Origin: an uncultured Clostridia bacterium
GTDB taxonomy: Bacteria; Bacillota; Clostridia; Christensenellales; UBA1242
Direction: 5' to 3'
DNA: 60,889 nt
Assembly: GCA_947626955.1 (NCBI GenBank)
Contig: CANQUB010000003.1
Span: 1-60,889 of the forward strand
The notes below the pieces were generated by a model. The model saw only the letters and a program-made list of their open reading frames with translations. It did not search any database and was not told where the DNA came from. Shown here one piece after another: positions 8,201-17,950 of the stretch. Both the position numbers and the translations under genes were made by a program. The first letter of the stretch is position 1. Each line of letters starts with the position of its first letter.

Positions 8201-11200
8201 AAAGTGGATGAGGTGGCTATCGCCCGACTTTTGACTAATTGTCACATCACCTCTAAACTTGTTGGCAATGCGTTTTTGTACATTGTTCTCGTTGGTTCTA
8301 AGGAAGGTATCCAGTGCAAAGTTGACCACAGCCGATTCGCTTATCTCGCCATTCTCGTGAGTGGTAGCCGTGGCTACAACGTTGAATTGAAGAGCGTCAA
8401 GCGTGTTGCGGATTGCATAGTAGGTATCGGTCAAAATGGTGTATGGCTGATAATTTTGTTTATTGAGCCCGCTAAGATCAAAGTTCTCGTAGCTTGTGCA
8501 GTTGAGCTCTGCTCTATAGGTCTTGTAGTTGAGAACCACTTGAGTGATCTTGCCGTTATATGCAACAAACAGTCTTGCATCCCCCGAAAGGTAAGTTTCA
8601 AGAGAGTTCTCGCCAAAGTCTACATGGTCAACAAAGTCAAGATCCAAAGTTGCAAGGCTATGGAAGGTCTCGCTAAATGGCTTTTTGTCAACATTGGTGG
8701 TTGTTGAGTCAAGGCTGTCGATAAACTTATCAATCTTTGTTGCGTCAAAGTTGATATTGGCGTTAAATTCGTTGTTTATAAAGGCTATGATGTCATTTAG
8801 ACTGTCAAACTCGGCATAGATGTCTAGCCCCATGATGTCGAGATAGAAGGTGCGGTTAGAGTATCTTATGTCGATGGTTGTTCCATCAAACTCGCCAGTC
8901 AGGTAGCCCTCAAGCTTATAGTCTTTTATGCTTTGTGGGTTTTGAGTGGTCTTAACAAGCCTTATGCCATAGGTTAGCTTCAGGGTGTTGACCTCGCCGC
9001 CATAATTAAAGTCGAACAGGATATTTCCGCTCATTGAGCCGTTCTTTAGTGTGTTTAGAACGCTCTCAAAAGCATTTGACAGGCTGTAAAGATTGATATA
9101 TTTATCGGTCTCAGCTTTTGTAAGCCTTACAATTTCAGGCTGAGCATAGTTAAGATTTAGTTTCAGGCTGAGCTTTTTGTCTTTAACAGCCAGGTTGTTT
9201 ATGCCAAGCGAAGCTGGAAGACCATTTTCAAGTTCAAGGTCGATGGCAATTCTTCCATCAAGGCCAAACAGTTCACCGCCTAAATTTGTCCAAATTCTTT
9301 GCTTGTTTATTTGAATATTCTTTAAGATATTATATATATTATCAATATTTAATTCAAATTTTGGCATGTTGGCCGAGCTGGTGACAGCACTTAAGTTCAC
9401 ATTCAGCCCGCCCAAAACGTCGCTGATATTTGCTCCGTTAAGCAGCATTACAAACCTGCTAAGATATTCAGCATATGGCTGAGCATCCTTGCCTAACAAA
9501 TCCATAACCTTGGTATATAGATCTTCAATTTTACTGCTAGATAGCATGACGTTGAGGCCATTAAACGAAGCATAGATTGAGCCATCTTGAAGCTGGGTGA
9601 ACAGGCTAATGGTTTCGTCGTTCATTGTGGCCGAAAGATTGGCAAGCCCCAAAAGTCCTTCTTTCACGGTTTGCTTGTGTATGTCGGCACTAGCCGAAAG
9701 ATACTTGCTGCCGTCCAGGTTGTTGAGGGTCATATTCAGCGAAGCAGTAAGGTTCTTGGCATCAAATAGTCCAGTGGCAACGCTGCCAAGGCTCTCAAGG
9801 TCGAGATAGTCATTTCTATAGAAGTTGCCAAGGTCGAACTGCCCAATCTTTAATCTAGCCTTTAGATTTACTTGCGCAATCTCACCAATAACCAGGTTCA
9901 TGATCTCAATTTCGCTGAGGTTTCCACCTGCAAGCGCAAGGTTGACAACAATGTCTTGGTTTTGACCAATTATTGCACCTGGCAATGCCAGTTTTATTTC
10001 ATTTGCCGAAACAACGGCATTTTGAATAATCTGCCCATAGTCGATATCTAGTTCACTGAGCCTGCTCTTTAGCTCCTCTCTGTCCACAAGCTCGCTAAGC
10101 TTGTTTTCTGTTAAAATATCGTCAGGAAGAAGATCCATAAGCTTTTCATAGCTTATCTTTACATATGACCCGTCGATACGCAGGTAAATTTCTCCGTCAA
10201 TATACCTAAGGTCTAGCCCAAGGTCATAGTCCCCATTAAGGGCAAGGGCCAAGAAGTATTGCTTTGCGTCAAGGTCGACGTCAAGTTTTACCGAGGCTTC
10301 AATCTGCTTTCCATAGATTGTGCCGTCAAGCATGGCCTCTATCTCGCCAACGGTCAGGTCTTTTAAGGCATAAACATTTTCGGCAAGAGCCAAAACATCA
10401 AGATATTTGTTTGCATCGACAGTGGTATAGGTGATCTCGTTTGCGTTTACTGTAAGGTCAAGCGAGATACGGTTGCCATCCAGGCTAAAACCAAGGCTGA
10501 CCTGTTTGATTTTCTCTTCTTCAAGCGAAATTGTAAGGCTAACCTGCCCAAGATTGAACATATCGCCGTCAAACTCAATGGTGACGCCCTGGTCGCCTAC
10601 GGTGAGAGTCTTTATAGAGCTTAGCAATTGCTTAATATCTTTATTTTCTATATTAAACTTCTCGGTTAAGGTGTCTTTAAGTTTGGCAGTGTCTAACCCT
10701 GCGTCCATATTGACCCCAAGCCTAGAGAGAAGATCTTTTATCTCATCAAGGTTGCCCATGACGGCAATATCGTTTAGGTTAAGGTATGCATAATTGCCGT
10801 TTACCACAAGGTTTAGTGCGTAAGAGTTACCAAGAGCAACACTTCCGCCAAACTCAATGTAGTTTTTGGCGATTTTAACGCCACTATTTAGGGCAAACTC
10901 ATGGTCGCCCGAAACCAAAAGGTTTATTGTGGCGTCTAACGCACCCGAAGTGAAGAAATCTTTGTTGATATTGATTATTTTTTCAACATCAAAATACTTC
11001 TCGGCGTCAACGCTGACAGTCTTTTCGGTCTTTGCAATATTAACATTTCCGCTAAAGGTGTGCCCCTCTAGCTCTCCGCTAAGGCGAAGATTGTTTAGCG
11101 TGTCCTCTTCAAAGTCCACACCCAGGCTGATATGCCCCTCAAGGCCAAACAGCCCGCCGTCCAGCTCTAGGCTGAGCCCGCCGTCTACAAGTTGTAGGGT

Positions 11201-12322
11201 TCGAAGAGTGTTTAGAAGCTCAACGGGGTTGACCTTCTTTATAGTTTCGGCAATCTTGTTTAGAAGCTCGGCAGCTTCACCAGTCTCTTCACTGGTTTTT
11301 TGCTTTATAATGTCTTTGACGCTAGCTGCACCCTTTTTCAAAAGGTTACCAGTCAGCATCAGGTTTATGTCGTCGTGGCTTACATACAGGTCGCTATTAT
11401 AGTATGTAACAAGTCCAAGCCCGTCTAGACCAAGGCTGTAGTTGCCGCTTGAGATGTTGGCTATAGCATTAAGGTCAACATCCTTGCCGTCAAACACAAG
11501 GCTGGCATTGGCCTCAATGTCACGAAGGGCAACTGTGTTTTCTATGATATTGGTCAGTCGGCCAAGGCTAAGGTAGTCTTGGCTATTTTCTTTGAGTTCA
11601 GGGCTTGTTATTACTATTGAAGAGTTGAAGTCGGCAAACAGCCTTGCTCTAAGCTTTATTCCCGAAATGTCTTCGGTTATAAGCTGAACTCTCTTTGGCC
11701 TGTCGTCCTCATCAAGGATAAGTATTCCCTCGCCGTAGCCTTCAAGAGTCAGTGTCACCCTCTTGTCGCCGTTTTCAAGCTCGGTCTGCTCCATGTTCCC
11801 AAGGGCATCCATTAATAGCGGCATTAAGGTGTCCACAAAGCTTTGGCTCTCGCCCTCGTCAGCCTCCACCTCACCAGTGGTTGCAACAAGGCCACCTATC
11901 ACCTTTGAAAGGTCGCCAATGGTGGCTGCCTCGGCCTTTACTGCCACGTTTTTGGTGGACAGGTAAATGGTGTCGTTTAGATAGGAAAAGCTGATATAGT
12001 CGCCGGCATTCTCACCTTTAAAGTTGATGTGACCTTCAAATCTCAAATCGTCAAGATTTTCGATATCGGCGTCAACATAGACCAAAAGAGAAACTGCCTT
12101 GCCGTTTACTTCAAGGTCTATATCTCCATTAATGTTGAACTGCTTGTCTTCATCAAAAGCAGCAAGTATTCCCGAAAAGATGTTACCAAAGCCGCCCTCA
12201 TCACCCGCGAAGGTGTTGATTGGTGAATTGGACGAACTAAGCATAGTAAGCGACACAGTTGTGGCCGCTGAGATAAAGAACATAACCAAAAAGGTCATTA
12301 CATAAGATAAAAATTTCTTCAT
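5297..12322 (-). CDS. Giant membrane-anchored surface protein: tandem beta-rich modules plus C-terminal InlB B-repeat-like units
   Basis: 2345-aa ORF; likely start ATG 12322 (GGAG RBS); N-terminal hydrophobic helix; recurring Y-x-(D/N)-G-x-(I/L)-Y-L motif; B-repeat-like YKFLGWF..DITLTARW, YEFVGYY, FEGYY. Confidence 0.8.
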   Translation of the reverse strand: MKKFLSYVMTFLVMFFISAATTVSLTMLSSSNSPINTFAGDEGGFGNIFSGILAAFDEDKQFNINGDIDLEVNGKAVSLLVYVDADIENLDDLRFEGHINFKGENAGDYISFSYLNDTIYLSTKNVAVKAEAATIGDLSKVIGGLVATTGEVEADEGESQSFVDTLMPLLMDALGNMEQTELENGDKRVTLTLEGYGEGILILDEDDRPKRVQLITEDISGIKLRARLFADFNSSIVITSPELKENSQDYLSLGRLTNIIENTVALRDIEANASLVFDGKDVDLNAIANISSGNYSLGLDGLGLVTYYNSDLYVSHDDINLMLTGNLLKKGAASVKDIIKQKTSEETGEAAELLNKIAETIKKVNPVELLNTLRTLQLVDGGLSLELDGGLFGLEGHISLGVDFEEDTLNNLRLSGELEGHTFSGNVNIAKTEKTVSVDAEKYFDVEKIININKDFFTSGALDATINLLVSGDHEFALNSGVKIAKNYIEFGGSVALGNSYALNLVVNGNYAYLNLNDIAVMGNLDEIKDLLSRLGVNMDAGLDTAKLKDTLTEKFNIENKDIKQLLSSIKTLTVGDQGVTIEFDGDMFNLGQVSLTISLEEEKIKQVSLGFSLDGNRISLDLTVNANEITYTTVDANKYLDVLALAENVYALKDLTVGEIEAMLDGTIYGKQIEASVKLDVDLDAKQYFLALALNGDYDLGLDLRYIDGEIYLRIDGSYVKISYEKLMDLLPDDILTENKLSELVDREELKSRLSELDIDYGQIIQNAVVSANEIKLALPGAIIGQNQDIVVNLALAGGNLSEIEIMNLVIGEIAQVNLKARLKIGQFDLGNFYRNDYLDLESLGSVATGLFDAKNLTASLNMTLNNLDGSKYLSASADIHKQTVKEGLLGLANLSATMNDETISLFTQLQDGSIYASFNGLNVMLSSSKIEDLYTKVMDLLGKDAQPYAEYLSRFVMLLNGANISDVLGGLNVNLSAVTSSANMPKFELNIDNIYNILKNIQINKQRIWTNLGGELFGLDGRIAIDLELENGLPASLGINNLAVKDKKLSLKLNLNYAQPEIVRLTKAETDKYINLYSLSNAFESVLNTLKNGSMSGNILFDFNYGGEVNTLKLTYGIRLVKTTQNPQSIKDYKLEGYLTGEFDGTTIDIRYSNRTFYLDIMGLDIYAEFDSLNDIIAFINNEFNANINFDATKIDKFIDSLDSTTTNVDKKPFSETFHSLATLDLDFVDHVDFGENSLETYLSGDARLFVAYNGKITQVVLNYKTYRAELNCTSYENFDLSGLNKQNYQPYTILTDTYYAIRNTLDALQFNVVATATTHENGEISESAVVNFALDTFLRTNENNVQKRIANKFRGDVTISQKSGDSHLIHFGYMDSDQHLYFDYDSMKLSMDQSAFRELLAVVLSLLDVDPSTISFLQEASKDLDLNKDNLQGLAPNVDFGNPLALIGLLKGITYENGTLKIVVAASKINDKFKDDITVSLTTNKTNVESIGLTNLYLGKATKSIDFMLNFAGLGLRNNHTSSGVEEYTETKKVGEVNEIADIENTDSYIDITDSPNLVKAIVNTTSFKGFHINGDIQLGIIGIDATTINADIKVALDDDGNPTIAAVITGYPLVGGVTAKNTNGAGFLGKWERNREIDVYYRDGYIYLRTFDNGWGAYGSLERMTKISLQVFLDNLGGADGYVNWLLGFSDNIQNQIDAAIEKSRNSTDKTDVSKVLEAYSYDGTFHNIQINLGELVHNADIGSLSVGLSTYKTKLGDDTEDHDYLYSMLMNLVLVNILDLKTSNDNPLHLDGSGKEVVIDTSLMDNYKWPTDGEYSSTGGRDFEQGNKKYVTITLDNDGGEGETSLRGMVGAKLELPTPQKEVRIGNELVTYEFVGYYYQDGTKFNGDGFPREDVTLVAHWKESLRRTYHTVTIQFNDGREDYVFEVLEGEQIVLQNLVRDPEDHKDEKYCIFFIFEGYYQGDVRFRGGVMLDQDIVLQARWKPSTKNYYDITFVSEYGQAPETLRKLEGTLINEIMLENVNAYDGDLPVTYKFLGWFDEEGNKLTDFTLQRDITLTARWQEIVPEQYTFTIVDGGKEVYSGRVYEGMAIIMDNELSVSGARYTLIRPNTQLFEDQAFTARYSFEPELLSGENAGKYKLGVMPSADFTLYVRNLYTVNYQDKYGTAYSGQTYYQGETIKPLGGFVKDTVDDGEKVTAYTYTGLAGLPSENIMPNSDITINVNWQEDIKYWTNVNFTVEYGSHGAHIDALQVYFKGELVASGKRTFTQRLLEGTEVVQGVDGVEIVWSYKSLFSKYVTVHMTGFEINMNIWGSGDKVQSFTVKADSNKEMDVHVTVD

Positions 12323-12336
12323 TAATTTCTCCAAGC

Positions 12337-12801
12337 CTATTTTAGGTGGACGAGTTCGATACCTGACTCTTCAAGAAGTTCAAGGGAAAATTTATCAGGA
12401 TACTCCTGCTCATAGACTATTCTTTTTATTCCCGAATTAATAAGGATACGAGTGCAAACCGAGCATGGCTGATGAGTGACATATATTGTCGCCCCGTCAA
12501 CGTTGATGCCCATCTTTGCTGCTTGCACAACGGCGTTTTGCTCGGCATGGATGGCGTAGCAAAGTTCGGCTCTAGTTCCGCTTTCGATGCCAAGCTGGTC
12601 ACGCATGCAGTATCCCCTTTCCTGGCAGCTCTTGATGCCGGCAGGGGCTCCGTTGTAGCCCGTGGTTAAAATTCGGTTGTTTTTAACAATGACCGCTCCG
12701 ACCTTTCGGCCCTCACGAATACAGCTTGACCAAGCCGACACCGTTTTGGCGATGTCCATATATCTTCTGTCCCATTTTAGCTGTTTTTCATTGCTTGTCA
12801 T
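12337..12801 (-). CDS. dCMP deaminase / ComEB-like cytidine deaminase family
   Basis: IHAEQNA and PCSVC zinc-binding motifs, ILTTGYNG; start refined to ATG 12801 with GGAG RBS. Confidence 0.92.
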   Translation of the reverse strand: MTSNEKQLKWDRRYMDIAKTVSAWSSCIREGRKVGAVIVKNNRILTTGYNGAPAGIKSCQERGYCMRDQLGIESGTRAELCYAIHAEQNAVVQAAKMGINVDGATIYVTHQPCSVCTRILINSGIKRIVYEQEYPDKFSLELLEESGIELVHLK

Positions 12802-13051
12802 GACCGCTCCTTTGTGAGGCTCCTGACCCCACACTACCTTCATGATTATTAAAGTATAACATAATTATATTCACTTGACAATATAAAAAGCCTCATTTTT
12901 AACTTTTTTTTGCATTTTTAATATTTTCTTAACAAAAATTAGGGGTTTATATATATTGAACATACAAAGTTTAGTTTGTTTTTTTCGGTGCTCGTGGGCT
13001 ATTATGAGTATTTTTAAAGCATATGAACAAACTAAAAAAGGAATAAAGATT

Positions 13052-14803
13052 ATGGGAAAAAACTTTAAATCCATAAAGCAATGGTACAATATAACCAGGC
13101 CGTCCAAAGCGGTCATGTTTTTCCAGTTTTTAACAGCGGTCATTCCAAGCATTGTAACCGTTTTAAAAGCCTACCCTGCCGCACGTGCCATTACCTGCAT
13201 TTCGGTGGCTGACTACAGGGGAGCTATAATAAACCTTGTCATAGCCTTTGCCCTGGAAATTATAAGCACTGTCAGCTGGGACATTCAGTATAGGCTAGAC
13301 ATCGTGCAGCTTGGCAAAATTTATCCAAGAATCCAAAAGCAAATTTGCGACAAGATATTCCTTGCCGACGATGCCAGCTTCAAGGCCACCAGCAAAGAAA
13401 AGATGGTCAACATCGTGTCTACAAACATCGTAACCCTTTCGGACTTTTGCGACTACATTTCCTACAAGCTGGCCTACCTTTGCGAGGCACTCACCACCCT
13501 TGTCATAATCTTTGTTACCAACTTCTATATCGGCCTAATGATCTTTGCAATAGCCATTATCGTTTATCTTTTGATAAACGCCCTTAACAACGCCGTTGGA
13601 CGCCGAACCATACAAATTCATGACGGGCGAGACAAACTGGGCGAAGCCCTTACCGACATTGTGGACAACCGCTATCTTAGTGCCGACTTAAACCTTAAAG
13701 ACAATCTTGAAGATAAGTACTTTAAGCGTGTCGACGGGGTTTTGAAGCATTATAAAAAACGTAAAGCATTAAAATCCATTCGTGACAACTATGTCTACCT
13801 TCTCTACACCTTCATAATCTTGGTGGCCACACTACTACTTGTAAAGATGGTTGAGGCCAACACCATAACCCTGACTCTTTACCTGGTGATAACCCCATAC
13901 TTAACATCGTCAATTACCAAGTTTGTGAACTTTTTCTCACTTTCGGCCGACCTGCAAGATGCAAAGGTGGCTTCGCTTAGAATTAAGACCATTTTAGACA
14001 TGAACGAAAGAGACATGATAGAATTTGGTCGCAACTCCACCGACAAGCTCAGCGGGGCCATGACCTTTACCAACGTCACCTACTCCGAAGCCGACAAACT
14101 GGGCAAGTCGCTTGGAAATTTGAAAGACTTCAACGCACAAATAACCAAGAATCAAGTGGTGCTCTTTGAAGGCCTTCGAAACTGCGGTAAACGCTCAATC
14201 TTCTATATGCTCCGCCGCGCCGTTAGACCCGACGAGGGGACAATCACTTTTGACACAATAAACATCTACGACTTCGACTCCGAAACCTACAAACACAACA
14301 TAAGCTACGTCACCAACAAGCCATACTTCTTTAACGATAGCATTATGGAAAACTTAAAGGTGGTGGAAAGCAGCAAGAAAAAGATCTTTGAGGTTTGCAA
14401 ACGCCTTGGCGTGCATGAGGCCATAACTGCCCTGCCTGAAGGGTATGAAACCAACCTTATAAAGAACCCTAGTGCCCTCTCGGCGCAGCAAAAATTCCTT
14501 GTCGGCCTGGCTCGCGCATTGCTGACCAAGAGCGAGATTTTCATGATCTATGAATTCCCTATCGGACTAAACGAGAAAGAACAAGAGACCATCAAACACC
14601 TTCTAAATGAGCTTAAGGGCGAACGCACTATCCTGGTGTTCAGTGCCCAAAACCCAATTGACGATATCCTGGATAGACACTTCAAGATTGAAAAAGGCAA
14701 TGTGGTTGAAGTACCTGTCAAAAAGCCAAAAAAGGAAAGAATCCTCGACAACAAAGACACCGACTCTTCCCCAACCTCGCACTGGCAAGGAAAACTGTCG
14801 TAA
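13052..14803 (+). CDS. ABC transporter permease/ATPase half-transporter with degenerate ATPase motifs
   Basis: Six-TM-type N-terminus plus NBD; Walker A GLRNCGKRS, signature LSAQQK, Walker B IFMIYE; start refined to ATG 13052. Confidence 0.85.
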   Translation: MGKNFKSIKQWYNITRPSKAVMFFQFLTAVIPSIVTVLKAYPAARAITCISVADYRGAIINLVIAFALEIISTVSWDIQYRLDIVQLGKIYPRIQKQICDKIFLADDASFKATSKEKMVNIVSTNIVTLSDFCDYISYKLAYLCEALTTLVIIFVTNFYIGLMIFAIAIIVYLLINALNNAVGRRTIQIHDGRDKLGEALTDIVDNRYLSADLNLKDNLEDKYFKRVDGVLKHYKKRKALKSIRDNYVYLLYTFIILVATLLLVKMVEANTITLTLYLVITPYLTSSITKFVNFFSLSADLQDAKVASLRIKTILDMNERDMIEFGRNSTDKLSGAMTFTNVTYSEADKLGKSLGNLKDFNAQITKNQVVLFEGLRNCGKRSIFYMLRRAVRPDEGTITFDTINIYDFDSETYKHNISYVTNKPYFFNDSIMENLKVVESSKKKIFEVCKRLGVHEAITALPEGYETNLIKNPSALSAQQKFLVGLARALLTKSEIFMIYEFPIGLNEKEQETIKHLLNELKGERTILVFSAQNPIDDILDRHFKIEKGNVVEVPVKKPKKERILDNKDTDSSPTSHWQGKLS

Positions 14804-14924
14804 AAATTTTTTGCGAGGAGCCATCGCCCCTCGCGCTCCCATTTTAAACGGGCAGTTTGGTAAACAAACTGCCCGTTTTAAAGTGTTAGTGCAAGGCTAA
14901 CGCCACTTTGGTTCCCCTGCAAAA

Positions 14925-15470
14925 CTATTTATTTAAATTTTCGAGTTTTTTTAGGGTGTTTTCAAGACGAGTGAGAGCCTCGGCCTTTTGATCTTTGTCT
15001 ATGTTCTCATCCTTTTTAACAAATTCTATATACTTCTCAAGGTCGTCTTTATCATCGGCATAAACGGCCATGGCGAGGTCAAGCACATCTTTGCGAAATT
15101 CGGGAATATTCAATCGACTTTTCAAAATGAGTTTTGGGTCTTCTTCCTTAATAATCCATTCCAAAAGGTTGTCATATTTCACATGCTTACGCCCGCACTT
15201 CGACATTTGGTAAGCGAAGTCGTAGCAGTCATTGCCGTTTTTAAAAAAGTCAAAGGTCTCTTCCATCAAGGCCATGAGTTTAGGCTCATCAAAACACGGA
15301 TACTGCACGCACACTTCTGTTATAAGCTTGGTTCTTAAGCTTCGGCCTACAGCCCAGGCAATGTCAAAAAGCGTACACTTACGCTTTTTATCCGCCAAAA
15401 TTTCGCCTATTTCTTTAACTATTTCGTCTATATCCTCAACCATTTTCTTTCTCCAAAAAATATTATACAC
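14925..15470 (-). CDS. Hypothetical protein
   Basis: 181-aa ORF (likely start MVEDIDE), helical and acidic. Confidence 0.7.
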   Translation of the reverse strand: MYNIFWRKKMVEDIDEIVKEIGEILADKKRKCTLFDIAWAVGRSLRTKLITEVCVQYPCFDEPKLMALMEETFDFFKNGNDCYDFAYQMSKCGRKHVKYDNLLEWIIKEEDPKLILKSRLNIPEFRKDVLDLAMAVYADDKDDLEKYIEFVKKDENIDKDQKAEALTRLENTLKKLENLNK

Positions 15471-15499
15471 AAATCAAAGTAAAAGTCAATACGACAGTT

Positions 15500-15960
15500 A
15501 TGATACTCGAGGCTTTGCCTCGACGCCCCATCTTTTTCGACATGTTGAAAAAGTATCACAAAAAAGCCCGCCTTCATTTTTTCATTCTTCATTTAACTCG
15601 AGGCTTTGCCTCGACGCCCTCATTTTTCATTCTTCATTTTTCATTTTTTATTTTAGTGTTCGGTTGCACAATCGATGTTAACAAAATGATATGCGGTGCT
15701 TGTAAAGCAGCAAATTCGGATAGATTTTTGAGATAAAAAGGCCAAACAAAGTTCCTCGCAACACTACTGCTGTGCGAGGGTTTTTGTTTGGCTTTTTTAG
15801 CCAAAAAGATGCCGAAGGTGCGGAGAATATTGGGGTCCCCGACAAGCGTAGCTTGGCGGGGAGAGGAGAAGACAAGCGATTGCAGGCGGCAAGCTTCGTT
15901 AGAAGTTTGCTGACAATTGAGCTTGTGCTTCGACGAGGTAGAGAGGCGGAACATTAAGTA
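15500..15960. repeat. Composite intergenic repeat cluster (M1 x2, 7-mer tract, M2, long hairpin module, inverted M4)
   Basis: ctcgaggctttgcctcgacgccc twice (~15505, ~15597); ttcattt/ttcattc runs; homology to 2620-2740, 18765-18830, 24420-24690 and 51350-51580. Confidence 0.85.
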
Positions 15961-16037
15961 TCTTGTAAGATAGTTTATTTTTTCAGTTTTATTGAAAGCC
16001 ATTTTTGTTTGCTTTATAATTATTCTTGGTGATAAAA

Positions 16038-16469
16038 ATGACAAAGCAAGCAAAAATTTTCAAAGTAAAGATGGGTAAATATGAGTTTATGCAAAAGCTC
16101 TCCCAAGGCAAGGACCCCCTTAGCGGCAAAAAGATATTTACCCCTAGCGAAGAGCTAGAATGTGCTCTTGACACCCTCGCCCTGTTCGTCCTACGCTATG
16201 ATAAACTCGACGCTGACACCTTTAAAGTCACCGTCAATGCAGATGCTCGCAAGCAGCAAGCCAAGCATATAGTCGAGCAAAAGCGTGAAAAGCAAATAAA
16301 GAATAGAAACGTGGGCTCCCGCTGGACAAATGAGGAGGACGCAAGGCTGGTGGCCGAATACAATAGCAGCGTGCCAATTGAGCAAATGGTGACCATGCAC
16401 GACCGCACTCGTTCGGCCATTGAACGCCGAATCTTAAAACTCATACCTCTTAGCCAAATACGCAAATAA
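16038..16469 (+). CDS. Hypothetical protein with C-terminal Myb-like HTH
   Basis: GSRWTNEEDARL...HDRTRSAIERRILKL; N-terminal GKDPLSG motif. Confidence 0.65.
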   Translation: MTKQAKIFKVKMGKYEFMQKLSQGKDPLSGKKIFTPSEELECALDTLALFVLRYDKLDADTFKVTVNADARKQQAKHIVEQKREKQIKNRNVGSRWTNEEDARLVAEYNSSVPIEQMVTMHDRTRSAIERRILKLIPLSQIRK

Positions 16470-16500
16470 AAAAGGACCGCTCGGGTCCTTTTCTTATGCC

Positions 16501-17085
16501 TTACTTTTGGTGCTCTCCAAAAATTTTAAGGTTGTATATTGAATACTTAAAGCCGGTATCTTGGCCGTTTGTTCTAAAATATGATGTGTCGCTGAGATAA
16601 AAGGCCAGCGTGGTTGTAGCCGAGTTGTCGGCCACTATGTCGTCAATCTTGACTTTGGCGTGGATATGCTTCCCTTCTTTAAGGCTTAAAGCAATGGCGT
16701 CGGTGATGTGGGTGCGGCTTCCCGAGGTCAGTGTTTCGTCACCGTTCACCATGTTGGTGATGCTGATAAAAATTTCAAAGTTGTCAACATCCTTGGTTGA
16801 ATATATGTCAAACTCTATATATTCGATCTTCATCCTATACAGCCAAGAAGAAATGCCTGTGAACTGTGTTCGTGAGAACTGGTTGGTTTGCACGGCCTCG
16901 TTTCCCGTATAGTCGCTGAGTTTTCCCTTCCCCGAGCCCACGTTATATACATTGTAGCTTACCGACTTTTCAAAATATCTTTCAAGGTTGAGGCTTTTAT
17001 CTTTGCCGCAGCCGGCAAGCAGCACGGCTGGCAAGCATAGCACAATTGCAAAAACTGCCATTAAAACTTTTTTAAATTTCATCAT
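16501..17085 (-). CDS. Putative lipoprotein
   Basis: MMKFKK, hydrophobic stretch, lipobox LLAG-C. Confidence 0.8.
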   Translation of the reverse strand: MMKFKKVLMAVFAIVLCLPAVLLAGCGKDKSLNLERYFEKSVSYNVYNVGSGKGKLSDYTGNEAVQTNQFSRTQFTGISSWLYRMKIEYIEFDIYSTKDVDNFEIFISITNMVNGDETLTSGSRTHITDAIALSLKEGKHIHAKVKIDDIVADNSATTTLAFYLSDTSYFRTNGQDTGFKYSIYNLKIFGEHQK

Positions 17086-17941
17086 CGGTTCCTCCGTCGT
17101 TAATATACAATATGCCCAGCGTACCCTTGCCGCAGTGGCTGGTTATGACCGAGCTGGCACAGGTCACGCATACCTCGCCAAAAATATGCTTGCCTTCAAC
17201 GTATTTTTTAATCTCTTCGGCAATCTCGGGCTCAATCGACGAGTGGGTTATAAAGCAGCGCCTTTTGTCGGGGTTGTTATACTCTTTCAAAACGTCGTCC
17301 ACATACCCCTTCAAAACGGGCACAATCTTGCCGCGTGGCTTGCCGTTGTTTTTCATTATGCCGTCAATCACTTGTATTCTTGGCTTAATTCTTAAAAGGT
17401 TGGCTCCAAACATGGCCATGGCCGAGCACCTTCCTCCGCGGTAGAGATACTCAATCTCTTGAATTATGAAGGAAGCCTGAACATATGGCACTCGCTTTTC
17501 CACTTTCTTAACGATTTCATCCTGGGGAAGGCCCTTTTTAGCAAGTTCAGCCGCGTAGAGCACCAAAAGCCCAGTGCCGGTTGACAAGTTTTTGCCGTCC
17601 ACCACTGCCACCCTGCCCCCAAACTCTTTGGACACTTCCAGCGAGTTGTTATAGCTGGTGCTAAGCCCGCTCGAAAGCCCGATGTGCACAATCTCGCAGC
17701 CGGGGTTGTCTTTTAAAATTTTCTCAAAAAACTCCTTGTAGTCCTCACGGCTTATGGCCGAAGTCTTGGGGCATTTTTTATTGGCTTTAAAAAATTCAAA
17801 AATGTCTTGCGGGGTAACATCCACCCCATCGCGGTGCTCCACCCCGCCCAGACTGACATAAAGCGGCAGCGTGGGAATGTTAAACTGCTCTCTTTGCTCT
17901 TTACTGAGGTCGCAAGAGCTATCACTTGTAACTATGACCAT
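17072..17941 (-). CDS. DegV family fatty-acid-binding protein
   Basis: IVTSDSSCDL, KTSAIS, LSSGLSTSYN, YLYRGGR, VITSHCG motifs. Confidence 0.95.
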   Translation of the reverse strand: MVIVTSDSSCDLSKEQREQFNIPTLPLYVSLGGVEHRDGVDVTPQDIFEFFKANKKCPKTSAISREDYKEFFEKILKDNPGCEIVHIGLSSGLSTSYNNSLEVSKEFGGRVAVVDGKNLSTGTGLLVLYAAELAKKGLPQDEIVKKVEKRVPYVQASFIIQEIEYLYRGGRCSAMAMFGANLLRIKPRIQVIDGIMKNNGKPRGKIVPVLKGYVDDVLKEYNNPDKRRCFITHSSIEPEIAEEIKKYVEGKHIFGEVCVTCASSVITSHCGKGTLGILYINDGGTDDEI

Positions 17942-17950
17942 GTTTTCTCC

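Noticed and set aside
5294-12305. Many plus-strand ORFs inside the giant gene, and similar antisense ORFs within xfp, gyrA, gyrB and the ABC genes
   Set aside because: Shadow ORFs antisense to well-supported genes.
15634-16053. ORFs running through the repeat clusters (also 2604-2937, 24278-24659, 48575-49034, 51074-51367, 51443-51628, 60613-60816)
   Set aside because: They overlap palindromic repeats or tRNA, lack RBS and protein-like composition, and their frames are not conserved between repeat copies.
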